Positions 19,761-29,362 of a DNA stretch of 64,000 nucleotides are shown in pieces. The position numbers and the translations under genes are program-made. The notes beneath the pieces were generated by a model. That model saw only the letters and a program-made list of their open reading frames with translations, did no database searches and was not told the origin of the DNA. This DNA comes from an uncultured archaeon (lineage in GTDB: Archaea; Iainarchaeota; Iainarchaeia; Iainarchaeales; DTGL01): the NCBI GenBank assembly GCA_964551725.1, contig CAZKED010000001.1, forward strand, positions 42,119 through 106,118. The letters are read 5' to 3'. Position 1 is the stretch's first letter. Each line of letters starts with the position of its first letter.

Positions 19761-20702
19761 ATGAATGCACAGGTTTTTGGAATGGCGTCCGGAATGCTGC
19801 GGGCTTTTCTTTCAGGAAAAAAATACCTGGGACTGGAAAAGGAATTCAGGGAAGAGAGAGGCGAATCACTTCAGAAATTTCTTTCGCGGTGGTTTGCGCG
19901 GGGCGTTGTTTCCGCGCTTGTTTCTTGCGCTGCATTTCTTTTTTTTGAAATGCCTTTTTTATTTTTTGCGCTTGCCGCTGTCCTGCCTGTTGCCCTGCCT
20001 TTAGGCGCGCTTTCCCTGCAATTGTTTCTCTTTGAAAGGGAAAGGGGAAAAAAGGAGGAAGCCGTGCCCGCACTGCTTCTCCAGGCTTCCATTTTTCCAC
20101 CGAAAACGCCTGTATCGAAAATGATGGAATGTTTTGCGCTTGGGGAAAAAAATGCCTTTGGAAAGGAGTTCAAGAAAGCGGTAAGGGAAGTAAAGCGCGG
20201 GGCAAGCGCTGCGGAAGCGCTGGAAGGAATGAAAGCCAGGAACAGGGGAAGGTTTTTCCGCGAGGCAGTTGAAATGCTTTTGCTCGCGGAGGAAACGGGA
20301 ATTGAAATGAATTCTGTGCTGAGGGAGAAAGCGGAGGAAATAATCGAAGTGCAGGCCATTCTGAGAGAGCGTCTCTCGCTTCTTTCAATACAAAAAGCGA
20401 CGCTTTTGCTCGGCGGGGGAGTAATAGTGCCTTTTATTCTAGGTCTCCTGAGCGGGATGGTGCGCTCCTTTGACTTGGGGGAGTTTTCGCAAATGCTTTC
20501 AGGCAGCGTTGCGTGCAGGCAGGAAATGCTTAATGCAGCGGTTTTTGCAAACCAGGTGTTTGTTGTGGAATACGCGCTCGTTTCCTCCCTCTTCCTTTCC
20601 TTTCTGGAGGGAAAGCCCAGGAAAATTTTTCCTTACGCTTTGGTTCTTGTTCCTTTGGGTTTTGTTGTTTTTTCCCTTGCAGCGCGGGCTCCCGTAATCT
20701 GA
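19761..20702 (+). CDS. T2SS-F-domain membrane protein (TadC-like half-platform)
   Basis: The ORF lies 5 nt after the previous gene. It carries AEALEGMKARN..FFREAVEMLLLAEETGIEMNSVLREKAEEI between TM segments, which is typical of the GspF/TadC cytoplasmic domain. Confidence 0.6.
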   Translation: MNAQVFGMASGMLRAFLSGKKYLGLEKEFREERGESLQKFLSRWFARGVVSALVSCAAFLFFEMPFLFFALAAVLPVALPLGALSLQLFLFERERGKKEEAVPALLLQASIFPPKTPVSKMMECFALGEKNAFGKEFKKAVREVKRGASAAEALEGMKARNRGRFFREAVEMLLLAEETGIEMNSVLREKAEEIIEVQAILRERLSLLSIQKATLLLGGGVIVPFILGLLSGMVRSFDLGEFSQMLSGSVACRQEMLNAAVFANQVFVVEYALVSSLFLSFLEGKPRKIFPYALVLVPLGFVVFSLAARAPVI

Positions 20703-20765
20703 TTCTTGCAGGGAACAGCCGTGCCGGCGGCAGTCGGAAAACTATTTTAAATCCTTTGATGTTAT

Positions 20766-21560
20766 ATGTGTGCAATTGAATTGTTTGCGCGGAGAGGTGT
20801 TTTTTTGGAAGGAAAAGTGGAATTTGTGGAGCACGGAAAGGTTGACTTGAAGGGTTATACTTTAATAGAGGGCTTTCCCGGGCTGGGCTTGGTCGGAACG
20901 ATTGGAGTGAAATACATTGTGGAGAGGCTCAAGTTCAGGTCTGTCGGGCACATTGAGAGCGATTTCTTTGTTCCCATTATAAGGGTGCACGAAGGCCTGC
21001 CTGTGTATCCCTCGCGCATTTACGTTAACAAGCAGAAGAAGCTCGCGGCGCTTGTGTCCGAGCAGATAATTCCGAGGAATATGACGGCGACCATTGCCAG
21101 AAATGTGGTGGAGTGGGCTGCAAAAAAGGGAATAAAAAAGGTAATTTCAATAGAGGGAATTCGGACAAAGGGCGCAAAGAACGGGGCGGAAATGAAGATT
21201 TACGGGATTGCCTGCAACGAGAAATCCAAGGCGGACCTCAAAAAATTCAAGGTTCCGATTGTAGGGGAGGGAATCACCACAGGCGTTACTTCAATGATTT
21301 TGCTTGAAATGTCGAAGCAGGACAAAATCGAAGCGTACTCTCTGCTGGGGAACGTGAAAATCGCGGCAGACTACAAGGCTGCCGCGGAATGCCTCAAAAA
21401 ACTGGACGAAATTTTGGGGAACCAGTTCAAAATAAACGTGCAGCCGCTGCTCAAGGAAGCAAAGGAAACAGAAAAAGCGCTCCTCTCGCACCTGGGAAAA
21501 TTAAAGCAGACCGAAGCCACGGTTAAAAAGTTCGAGAAAGGCGTGCCCATGTACACCTGA
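20766..21560 (+). CDS. PAC2-family (proteasome assembly chaperone-like, COG1938) protein
   Basis: The 264-aa ORF has the N-terminal LIEGFPGLGLVGTIGVKYIVERL motif that I associate with the PAC2 family. The length fits. The TATA-like ctattttaaat sits close to the ATG, so the transcript may be leaderless. Confidence 0.45.
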   Translation: MCAIELFARRGVFLEGKVEFVEHGKVDLKGYTLIEGFPGLGLVGTIGVKYIVERLKFRSVGHIESDFFVPIIRVHEGLPVYPSRIYVNKQKKLAALVSEQIIPRNMTATIARNVVEWAAKKGIKKVISIEGIRTKGAKNGAEMKIYGIACNEKSKADLKKFKVPIVGEGITTGVTSMILLEMSKQDKIEAYSLLGNVKIAADYKAAAECLKKLDEILGNQFKINVQPLLKEAKETEKALLSHLGKLKQTEATVKKFEKGVPMYT

Positions 21561-21576
21561 ATTGCCATTCGCTCAA

Positions 21577-21984
21577 TCAGATTTCGAGGGAAAGCATTCT
21601 TGCCGCGCTTTCCACTGCGTGCTCGCTGTACTGCTGCAGTCTTTCCCTTGCCTGTTCTTCGGAAACCCGCGGTCCAATCATTCCGCTGAGCACGGGCTTG
21701 TTGTATTGTAAAGCGAGGTCGGACATTTTTCTCGCGGCGTTCTCCGCCACTATTTTGTCGTGCCCTGTGCCGCCCTGCAGTACGACGGCAAGGCATATTA
21801 CTGCTGCAATTTCCTTTTTTTCAAGCATTTTTTTAACCGCGAGGGGCATGTCGAATGCTCCCGGCACGCGGACAACGGGAGCGATTTCAATGCCTAGTTC
21901 TGCGGCTTTTTTCTCAGCGAAAGAGAGCATTTTCTCTGCCATTTCTTTCCTGTAGTCCGCAACAACAACCCCTATTTTTGCCAT
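21577..21984 (-). CDS. ribH: 6,7-dimethyl-8-ribityllumazine synthase
   Basis: The 135-aa ORF carries MAKIGVVVADY...VPGAFDMPLAVKKML...LQGGTGHDKIVAENAARKMSDLALQYNKPV, which closely parallels the archaeal (M. jannaschii-type) RibH as I recall it. Confidence 0.85.
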   Translation of the reverse strand: MAKIGVVVADYRKEMAEKMLSFAEKKAAELGIEIAPVVRVPGAFDMPLAVKKMLEKKEIAAVICLAVVLQGGTGHDKIVAENAARKMSDLALQYNKPVLSGMIGPRVSEEQARERLQQYSEHAVESAARMLSLEI

Positions 21985-21998
21985 TTTACCGCCTTTTT

Positions 21999-22481
21999 TT
22001 ACACTTTAAGCCCTGGGGCGTTCTCCGAGCCCTGCCTCTGCCCTGTTCCGGCTTTTTCGGTGAGGGATTCCGGCTTGAATAGGATGGCTAGAGCGTTCAG
22101 CCCGTGCTTTTCGCAGCGGTCCTTTAAAATTTCCGCAAGTCGGGCATCGTTTTCTGCCTCACTGGAGTGCACAAATACCTTTAAAATGTGATTTCCTGTC
22201 AAAATTTCGACGTTTATGAGGCTCAGCGATGCCTCGTGCGCGCACGTTTCGTCTATTGCCGCATCGCCAACAAAGCCGAATGCGAGTACCAAATCGCATC
22301 CCTTCTCGCGGAAAAGCTTGATGCAGGCGACAGGCAAATCCTTTATTCCGGGAACAGTATAGTGCTGGAATTTTACGCTGTAGCCCTGCTTTTTTATCTC
22401 CTTTTCCATTGCCTTAATCGCTATTCCCGCCATGTCGGCGCGCGCAAACATTGTGTCCGCTATTCCAATTGTTTTCATCAT
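21999..22481 (-). CDS. ribC: Archaeal-type riboflavin synthase
   Basis: The 160-aa ORF carries IGIADTMFARADMAGIAIKAM...TVPGIKDLPVACIKL...CAHEASLSLIN...LFKPESLTEKAGTGQRQG, which matches the archaeal RibC (lumazine-synthase-like riboflavin synthase) family. Confidence 0.85.
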   Translation of the reverse strand: MMKTIGIADTMFARADMAGIAIKAMEKEIKKQGYSVKFQHYTVPGIKDLPVACIKLFREKGCDLVLAFGFVGDAAIDETCAHEASLSLINVEILTGNHILKVFVHSSEAENDARLAEILKDRCEKHGLNALAILFKPESLTEKAGTGQRQGSENAPGLKV

Positions 22482-22867
22482 CCCAGCCTCTGCATTCTGA
22501 CAACGTCGCCGTTTTCCAGGGCGAGCTTCTCTCTGAGGTTTTTTTCCGAAATCACTTCAACAACATTCTCCGGGTGCCTGTTTTTTTCAGGCACAACGAT
22601 TGCGGAATCAAACGAGGCAATCCACACCCTGTAGGCGGTAAGCGGATTGAACCTGCTCCCGCTCCTTTCAAATCCCTCCAGTTCAATCGGCTCTGATTCC
22701 TTCAGGAATTCTTTCATTTTTCCAACGTCCACTTCCAGGTTCAGCGTGCCGGGAAAGGGAAAAAAGCCCAGTTTCTCTCTCACCTCGTGCCTGTACTCGT
22801 GCAGTGAGAGGAAACGCTGTCCTTCGCCGAGACCGGATACCACCCTGCCAGCCAAAAATTCCGCCAT
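22478..22867 (-). CDS. ribK: CTP-dependent archaeal riboflavin kinase
   Basis: The 129-aa ORF carries GRVVSGLGEGQRFLSL.EY...LGFFPFPGTLNLEV...AIVVPEKNRHPENVVEVISEKNLREKLALENGDVV, matching the MJ0056-type RibK. It overlaps ribC by 4 nt. Confidence 0.8.
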   Translation of the reverse strand: MAEFLAGRVVSGLGEGQRFLSLHEYRHEVREKLGFFPFPGTLNLEVDVGKMKEFLKESEPIELEGFERSGSRFNPLTAYRVWIASFDSAIVVPEKNRHPENVVEVISEKNLREKLALENGDVVRMQRLG

Positions 22868-23059
22868 AGAAAAAACTCCTGGGAAAGGAAATTAAAACAT
22901 AACGCTCTTTCGCCGAGACGCGGAAGAAATGTGGAAAGGTTTAAATACTTGGGGAGAGATAAGAATATTTAAACAACGCACATTAAATTCATTTAATAAA
23001 ATTAATAAATAAATAAGGAATAAATAGGCGGTTGCCGGAGAAAAAAAGGATGGTCTGAA
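22868..23059. promoter_or_regulatory. AT-rich divergent promoter region between ribK (-) and the Arg-rich ORF (+)
   Basis: The interval contains taaatactt, aagaatatttaaac and aattaataaataaataagga TATA-like stretches. Confidence 0.3.
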
Positions 23060-24214
23060 ATGGCGCCAGTAAGAAATGCCAGTGCTGCCGCGAGGAGAGC
23101 GGCCCTCATAGAAAGGATGAAGAGAAAGGGCGGCGTGGAAATCGAAAGAAGACCCGGCAGAGAAAGAAGGCCAGCGCGCAGGCCCGGGCCAAGCGAAAGG
23201 CGCGTTCCCGAGTGGGAGAGACCCCTGCTCGAGGGGCTCAATGCCTCAATAAGGAGCCTTGAGAGGATTGAGGCAGAGCAGGCGGCAAGAAGAGTCCCTG
23301 AACAGCAGGCTGAACGGGAAAAGGAAGCGATAAGCGGGCAGGTCTGGGAGATTATGAGAAAGGCAGGGCATCTGCCTCCGGGCGAAATTGCGATGAGTTC
23401 AAGGGTCGCATGGCAGAACAGGGAAGTGATAAGGGACAGGGAAGGAAGACCCTATCACACGGGAATAGACGCTTTCTGCAGGGCGTGGAGGGAGAGAATG
23501 CTTTCCTCTCATTACGCACACCGCATGTCGATTGAGTCGGCGCAGAGGACTATTGAAAAATACAGCGCTCCCCAGGGATTGAGGTGGTTCAATCCAAGGA
23601 GATGGATAAGGGGGGCGAGCAACAGGGTTGCGGTGAGGCGGCTAAGGAAAGACCTTGCATTCCTTAAAGGCAATGTGGAAAAATTTGAGAGGGAAACGCT
23701 GGTTCCATCGCTTGCCGCTATTAACAGGGCATTCGGGGAATACATGAGGACGAGGTCAGCCGAGCAATTCTGGCTCACAATGGACAGCTTCCATTTTAAC
23801 GGCAGGAAGTGGCCCGGCATAACCAGGGAATTCGACAGGGCGAACCGGGAACTCGCACTCCGTGTAATGGGAAAAGGCAGGGCGAAAAGAACAGCGTGGG
23901 TGCTCAGGCACCTCGGCCAGCCGCCCAACCCCATTGCGGTAAGCCTTTTCGGCTCGATGAGGTTAAACCCTTTCACCAAGAGGCGGGGGAAAATCGCTGC
24001 AAGACTTGAAAATGAAGTGAAGAGATATGCAAGCGGCGGCACAGCACTAAGCGATGCACTGAATGAAATGGTCGGGCGCGGAAGGGAAAGACTGGCTGAA
24101 AGAGGGCAGGAAGCACTGCAAAGATGGGCCGCGGGCGAAGGGGGAGCCGAAGAAGGAGCCACAAGGGAAGCAGGCGAAAGAGAAGAAGTCGGCGCAGGCG
24201 CGGAAGCCGGCTGA
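23060..24214 (+). CDS. Hypothetical protein (384 aa), highly basic, Arg/Glu/Ala-rich and low-complexity
   Basis: The coding strand is purine-rich, an AT-rich promoter lies upstream, and the ORF is long. I recognised no domain. The composition (RRPGRERRPARRPGPSERR) suggests nucleic-acid binding or a disordered protein. Confidence 0.5.
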   Translation: MAPVRNASAAARRAALIERMKRKGGVEIERRPGRERRPARRPGPSERRVPEWERPLLEGLNASIRSLERIEAEQAARRVPEQQAEREKEAISGQVWEIMRKAGHLPPGEIAMSSRVAWQNREVIRDREGRPYHTGIDAFCRAWRERMLSSHYAHRMSIESAQRTIEKYSAPQGLRWFNPRRWIRGASNRVAVRRLRKDLAFLKGNVEKFERETLVPSLAAINRAFGEYMRTRSAEQFWLTMDSFHFNGRKWPGITREFDRANRELALRVMGKGRAKRTAWVLRHLGQPPNPIAVSLFGSMRLNPFTKRRGKIAARLENEVKRYASGGTALSDALNEMVGRGRERLAERGQEALQRWAAGEGGAEEGATREAGEREEVGAGAEAG

Positions 24215-24223
24215 AAGGGAACG

Positions 24224-27200
24224 CTAATTCTTTTTCCTTACAATCAGGATTCTTCTTCTCACCAAAAGCACTGCTCCAATGAGCAGTGAAAGGAAGAAAA
24301 GCAATTCGAGAGCGTTTTCCGGCAGGGAAGGCAGGTTCCAGAGCCCTGGCTGCTGTGGTCCTGTCTGCACGTTGAGAATGTTGTCGCCTGGCTTCGACAC
24401 CACTTCGCCGTCCTTTCCGACCTGCGTGAGCGACCCGCGGCGGAATGCCTCAATCAGGGGTATCAGCTGACCGTTCTCGGAATACCACATTCCTGTTTCG
24501 GGGTCGTACCAGAACGCTCCGTTTCTTCCCTGCGCCATTGTAAGCGTTTCCGGGGGGTAGGTATTGTAGGTTATCGTGGGAATGCCGTTTTCCGCTGAAA
24601 ACTTGAGGTCGTGGTCGTTTCCTTCGGCATCCTCTATGTGAATTCCGTCGGCTGTCTGCTGAATGCTTTCAATGGGCGCCTCGTATACCTCGCCTGTTTC
24701 CTTGTTTATTATTTTAATGAAATCAATGCATTCGTCGCCGACAAGCTTCGAGTAAATAATGAACCTGCGCGTTGGCGTTTCAAATATCTGGAAGGGCCCC
24801 ATCTCCGTAAGGGACTGGTTGAATTGCTCCACTTTCTCTTCCTTGAGGTCGGAGCCCGGAACAGCAATCGCTTCAATTTCCACAGCCGGCTCAGGGCACT
24901 CTGTTTCGGGATTAACTGTTTCAGCGAGGTGCGTTTTCATTCCTGAAACGTCTTCCTGCGAAATTGCCGCCTGGGCATTCCTCTTGAGCCATATTATCAA
25001 TTCGTTGGTGTAGGGCTTGTAGAGAATGAGACCGTTTTCGAATATTATGGACTGCAAGAGCCCGGCTTCCTTTGTGCTGTTGTTGCTCAGCAGGGTGTTC
25101 CTGTCGGAGTAAATTTCCACTCTCGCTGTTGCGCCTTCAACCATTAGTCTCGGAGCGCCCTCGGCAACAATCCTCTGCTTTTCCTCCCACGCTTTTATGG
25201 TGGGATGCGTTGTGGTGACAATGTTCACAACCTTTCCGAAAGCGCTTGTGAGGTTGCCGCTTTCCTTTCCATAGGAAGTGAATTCCAGTCCCGTTTGGTC
25301 CAGAATGCCCTGCCTTATGCAGTCGAGCACTTCCCGGCTTGTTGCTATGAGTTCCGAATCGGTGCCCATTTTGAAAATGAGCTCTTTTTTTGCGGGCAGT
25401 CCCAGCACCGTGAGTCTTTTGGGGAATTCTTCCGCGGGAATGCTGAGGTTTGTGGATTCAAGCGCGGTGACAATGTTGTTGTCTATTAATGTGGTTTTTT
25501 TCCTGACGCCGTTTTCGTCCACGACATAGTAAACCTTTCCTTCGCCGAAATTTATTTCCAAAAACCTGTTGGAATCCGGGTCGCCGACAACCTTTTTCCC
25601 GCTTGATTTGAACGCGCTCGGGTTGGTTTCGCCCTTGAACCAGAAGGAGTAAAGTCTCTCGGATTCAAGAATGCCTGAGGAAAACTGCTCTGTGTCAATG
25701 CGCGCCTGCACGAGGTCATCGCTCTCAGAGCCCTCAATGAAGTTTTTCACGGTTTCATCCAGTTTTTCCGCGGCCTGCGAGGTGTACGTGTTCTCGTCGG
25801 AGCGGAACAATCCCATAAGCGTGTCAAATCCCTGCTGGGTCATTTCCGCAACTTTTTCAGTGGAAAGCTGTGCAGGTGCTTCCGAGCCCTGCTTTTCCTC
25901 TTCCGCGGGAGCGAAAATGTGCACGTAATAGCCCTCGTCAACGTCCACGCAGTCCTGTATCTGCGGGGCGTAATAGAGCTGCTGGAATGCGGTAGCGAAC
26001 ACAGCACTCCAGCCGAAAATCATGTAGGAAAGGGATTCCCCGAAAGCCATCCAGCCCCCGACAGAGGAGGGATTGCATTCCCTTCCAAACAAATTGCAGG
26101 CAGCGTTCATTATCTTGCCAGGCAGGATGTCCTGCACTTTCTGCCTGCACGAATTGCCTGCGCGCATTTCTTGCACGAGGTCTATTTTTCCCTCTTCCGA
26201 GGAACCCTCCTCTGTTCCCGACAAATTCATGTGCCTTGAGAAGGTTATAATCGTGGAGCCCTTCTTCTTTGCCTTTTCTGACACGGTGTCCTCGAGAACA
26301 TAGGAAGTGGTGCCGCGCATTGCGTAAAAGTTGGGCATGAACGCGAGTATGTTTTCCGCTGACAGATTGATGCCGCATTCCTCGCAGTCCGGTTCGGAGT
26401 TGGAGTAGAACGCCAGGTTTTCGACCCTGTCGCGCACCTCCTCGCTCTTGAAACTTTCATACATGTCGTTCAACGGCTTGAAGTTCGCGAACACGTTCCT
26501 TGCCAAAAACTCCCAGGGCAGGTACTGGAGCATTTTATTGAAGAGGTCGCCTTGGTCGCTGCCCTCGTTGGCGAAAAAGTCAATGAAGGCGTCATTGTAA
26601 AGCTCGTGCTCTCCTGTGTACCATTTGACCTCGCGCCATACGTCCGGCAGCATGTAGCCCGAAGCCCAGTCCTGTCCGCCGCCGCGCTTTGCGAACCAGT
26701 ATGCGTTGGTGTAAGCGCTCCATTTCAACCCGCCTTTTAGGGAAAAGTAGTCTTTGAATAGTTGGTTCTGGCGCTGCACCGCCATGTCCAAAATGCTTGT
26801 GAACCTGCGGCCCATGAAGCCGCGGTGCACCATTGTGTCCACGAGTCTTTCGCTGTTTTTTACGGGGTATTCCGCTGTCATTAACTGCAGCCTTCCGTGG
26901 GTAAGTCTTTTTGCGAATTCTTCGGGCGTCAATTCCATTGCTTTTGCCATTTCCGCGCCGTGCCCTGGCTTTGTTCCTGTTAAAGTGTAGCGCAGTTTTG
27001 GCACTGACCAGTCCTTTATGGGCAGGGCTTCCCCGGAATCGATTGCCACGGACCAGTCCGCGTAATGGGAGAAATGCCTTTCGATGTCGGGCATGCTCAC
27101 CTCGCCCCACTGGGGGGAAGTCGGGCTGACCTTGTAAAGGTTCAGGTTTCTGCCTGTTGTCTCGAATGCGCTCATTCCCGCCCAGTCGCCGTCCCTTGCG

Positions 27201-28741
27201 AACTTATGCATTACCTGGTATATGTCGATTGAGTCGTCGGGCAGCCAGTGGTATGCCTGCGTTTCGGGGTTTCTCACAGCGTACTGGAAGAAGTGCAATG
27301 GCTCGAAGCGGGAAACGTATTCAGGCATGTCCATGTGGATTAAGTCCTCGTAGCCCATCAATACTTTTGACATTTTCCTGCCGTAGTCCACCCTTGCAAC
27401 CTTTTCCATTTCAGAGTTGAAGCCGAACCTCCTCACTATGTCGTCATAGCTTCTTCTCGCTTCCCTTACGAATGCGTCGTTGGTTCTCGCAACTCCGCGT
27501 ATGTCCCTCATCATTTTGTACATTGATTCCTGTGTTTTTTTGTCAGTAATCTGGTCAATCCAGCCCTCCTTGCCGAACCATTCCTTTTCGAACTTGCTCC
27601 TGAACGCGCGCGATTGCCCCAGATAACATGCATCCGTCCAGCCGTCGTCAAGTACTTCGGTTAACTCGTATCGCAGTCTTCCCGCTGATTCTGGGTGCTG
27701 TGCCGCCTGCCTCCACACCCTGTGAGCGCGCCATTTCCCGAGCCTCGTGTCGGGTCCGAAAAACTTCATTCTTATTTTGTCCGCGAGAGCCGACTTGCTG
27801 AAGCGCCACGGGAATCTGCCTGGTCTTCCGTACTGCAGGAAGAGCTTTTTGGCGCGGAACCAGAGCGCCGGCGCTGCCAGCGATAGAACCATGTCCCCGG
27901 AGAACCACTTGTTGTACAGCTTGTCGAAGAGGGAATACACTGAAATTACTCCCTGCGAGGTGTTTGTCTGCGATGATGCGCTGAAGTTTTCGGCGAGAAT
28001 GGAATTGGGAATCATTTTCTGGTTTAAGCGCACGTATGCTTCAATATTGGAATCGTTTAAGTCCGAGAGAACGAGGTTGTCCATGAACTGCTGTTGCTGC
28101 TCCTCGGGAATTCCCGTTTCTTCGGCTATGCGTGCGAGGTCTTCCTCGTCCATTTCCTCAATCCTGCTCTTTCCCTCGCTCTTGAGCTTTTCTATGAGCG
28201 GTAGGCTCGTGAAGAAGTCCGCGACCTTGCCTGCTTCCTTGTTGAATGCTGTTCCGGAGTTCCTGTAGTTGAGGCTTTTTTCGGTCAGCGGGCATGTCAG
28301 GTTTTTGTCCTCCAGGTCGTTGCACCTGCCGACTCTCAGCGTGTCATCCAGGACAACGCCGAAGGAATACGCTCCATGAATGTTGTCGTTGAGGAGGTGC
28401 TGTATTTCCGCCACGTCGAATTTTTCATCCGCCACTTCCACCTTTGTCGCGTTTTCCTGGTCCAGGGGGATTACGAGCGTGGAGTTGGGAGATTCCTCCC
28501 TGTCGGGGTTCGGCACAGTACCTGAACCTATCTGGCTCCCGAGCAAGCCGTCCGCCAGAGCGTCCAGAATGCGCTGGGATTCCAGGTCGGACATTCCCTC
28601 AATGCTGCAGGTATAGTTTGCCCTTTCAACCTTTTCGGCTTCTGCGCTGTTGTCCTGCAGTGCGGCTGTGAGGGCTGACGCATGCGTTGTGTTCAGTATG
28701 AGGAAAACCGCAATCCAGAGCAATGCATTCCTGTAATCCAT
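24224..28741 (-). CDS. Large secreted protein (1505 aa) with an N-terminal Sec signal and a C-terminal TM plus RRR anchor. Function unknown.
   Basis: The signal is ALLWIAVFLILNTTHASA|LT. The C-terminus is ...NLPSLPENALELLFFLSLLIGAVLLVRRRILIVRKKN. The central region is rich in W/Y/F and has no motif I can name. Confidence 0.75.
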   Translation of the reverse strand: MDYRNALLWIAVFLILNTTHASALTAALQDNSAEAEKVERANYTCSIEGMSDLESQRILDALADGLLGSQIGSGTVPNPDREESPNSTLVIPLDQENATKVEVADEKFDVAEIQHLLNDNIHGAYSFGVVLDDTLRVGRCNDLEDKNLTCPLTEKSLNYRNSGTAFNKEAGKVADFFTSLPLIEKLKSEGKSRIEEMDEEDLARIAEETGIPEEQQQQFMDNLVLSDLNDSNIEAYVRLNQKMIPNSILAENFSASSQTNTSQGVISVYSLFDKLYNKWFSGDMVLSLAAPALWFRAKKLFLQYGRPGRFPWRFSKSALADKIRMKFFGPDTRLGKWRAHRVWRQAAQHPESAGRLRYELTEVLDDGWTDACYLGQSRAFRSKFEKEWFGKEGWIDQITDKKTQESMYKMMRDIRGVARTNDAFVREARRSYDDIVRRFGFNSEMEKVARVDYGRKMSKVLMGYEDLIHMDMPEYVSRFEPLHFFQYAVRNPETQAYHWLPDDSIDIYQVMHKFARDGDWAGMSAFETTGRNLNLYKVSPTSPQWGEVSMPDIERHFSHYADWSVAIDSGEALPIKDWSVPKLRYTLTGTKPGHGAEMAKAMELTPEEFAKRLTHGRLQLMTAEYPVKNSERLVDTMVHRGFMGRRFTSILDMAVQRQNQLFKDYFSLKGGLKWSAYTNAYWFAKRGGGQDWASGYMLPDVWREVKWYTGEHELYNDAFIDFFANEGSDQGDLFNKMLQYLPWEFLARNVFANFKPLNDMYESFKSEEVRDRVENLAFYSNSEPDCEECGINLSAENILAFMPNFYAMRGTTSYVLEDTVSEKAKKKGSTIITFSRHMNLSGTEEGSSEEGKIDLVQEMRAGNSCRQKVQDILPGKIMNAACNLFGRECNPSSVGGWMAFGESLSYMIFGWSAVFATAFQQLYYAPQIQDCVDVDEGYYVHIFAPAEEEKQGSEAPAQLSTEKVAEMTQQGFDTLMGLFRSDENTYTSQAAEKLDETVKNFIEGSESDDLVQARIDTEQFSSGILESERLYSFWFKGETNPSAFKSSGKKVVGDPDSNRFLEINFGEGKVYYVVDENGVRKKTTLIDNNIVTALESTNLSIPAEEFPKRLTVLGLPAKKELIFKMGTDSELIATSREVLDCIRQGILDQTGLEFTSYGKESGNLTSAFGKVVNIVTTTHPTIKAWEEKQRIVAEGAPRLMVEGATARVEIYSDRNTLLSNNSTKEAGLLQSIIFENGLILYKPYTNELIIWLKRNAQAAISQEDVSGMKTHLAETVNPETECPEPAVEIEAIAVPGSDLKEEKVEQFNQSLTEMGPFQIFETPTRRFIIYSKLVGDECIDFIKIINKETGEVYEAPIESIQQTADGIHIEDAEGNDHDLKFSAENGIPTITYNTYPPETLTMAQGRNGAFWYDPETGMWYSENGQLIPLIEAFRRGSLTQVGKDGEVVSKPGDNILNVQTGPQQPGLWNLPSLPENALELLFFLSLLIGAVLLVRRRILIVRKKN

Positions 28742-28745
28742 TTTT

Positions 28746-29285
28746 TCACCCGTGATAGAGGTAGAAAATCAACCCCATTGGAATCCAGTTGAACGCGAAC
28801 AGCAACAGAAAGCTGCCTGTTAAAGTGCAGGCAAATACCGCGAGGAAGTTTTTGGCATGCGGGTTCCATTTTTTTTCCTTCAATTTGTCCGCGAGCATCG
28901 AGCCGAGCAGTAAAAACGGGGAGAAGAGAACCGCGACGGCGAATGCAACCATGAGAATTTTGAATACTGCGTAAAACCACAAGCCCGCTGTTTCCAGGGG
29001 CGTGGCATACAGTTGTTCGGGCACTTCGCCCAAATTCCATTCCCCTGAAACAAGCGCGAGAGGGTAAACGTATGCAAGCGCGGTGAGCGCGAGGGAGAAA
29101 ACGAAAAGCGAAATGAACGCTGAAGAGAACCATTTCATTTTGAATTTTTCCGCGAGCCTTTTGCGCAGGAAAGCCGCGGGAAAGACGAGAATGAAAAACG
29201 GGATGGAAAGGACCAGCGAACCCCAGAGCAGCTGCGCAAGGGAAAGTAATAAATTCATGCCAGTGTTAATACTTATGAAGAACAT
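28746..29285 (-). CDS. Polytopic membrane protein (about 5 TM), co-oriented with and 4 nt upstream of the 1505-aa gene
   Basis: The ATG is at 29285 (MFFISINTGMNLL...). A TATA-like gtatatatta lies about 20 nt upstream. Hydrophobic helices run throughout. There is no second-Asp GxGD-type peptidase signature. Confidence 0.55.
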   Translation of the reverse strand: MFFISINTGMNLLLSLAQLLWGSLVLSIPFFILVFPAAFLRKRLAEKFKMKWFSSAFISLFVFSLALTALAYVYPLALVSGEWNLGEVPEQLYATPLETAGLWFYAVFKILMVAFAVAVLFSPFLLLGSMLADKLKEKKWNPHAKNFLAVFACTLTGSFLLLFAFNWIPMGLIFYLYHG

Positions 29286-29362
29286 TCGGCTCAATTAAAT
29301 GTATATATTAACACATTTAAATAACTTAAGGTATTAATTTAGGGGAAGAATTGAGTGGTTTT
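29286..29362. promoter_or_regulatory. Bidirectional AT-rich promoter region (aaatgtatatattaac / catttaaataac / ggtattaattta)
   Basis: The TATA-like elements were read directly between the divergent genes. Confidence 0.35.

Noticed and set aside
19153-19770. 205-aa minus-strand ORF over the T2SS-F genes
   Set aside because: It is antisense to a coupled operon. Its translation is basic and low-complexity.
28746-29285. Considered as the missing prepilin peptidase (PibD/FlaK)
   Set aside because: There is no pair of conserved Asp residues and no GxGD-like motif. It has only about 5 TM helices with a single Asp in a KLKEKK loop.
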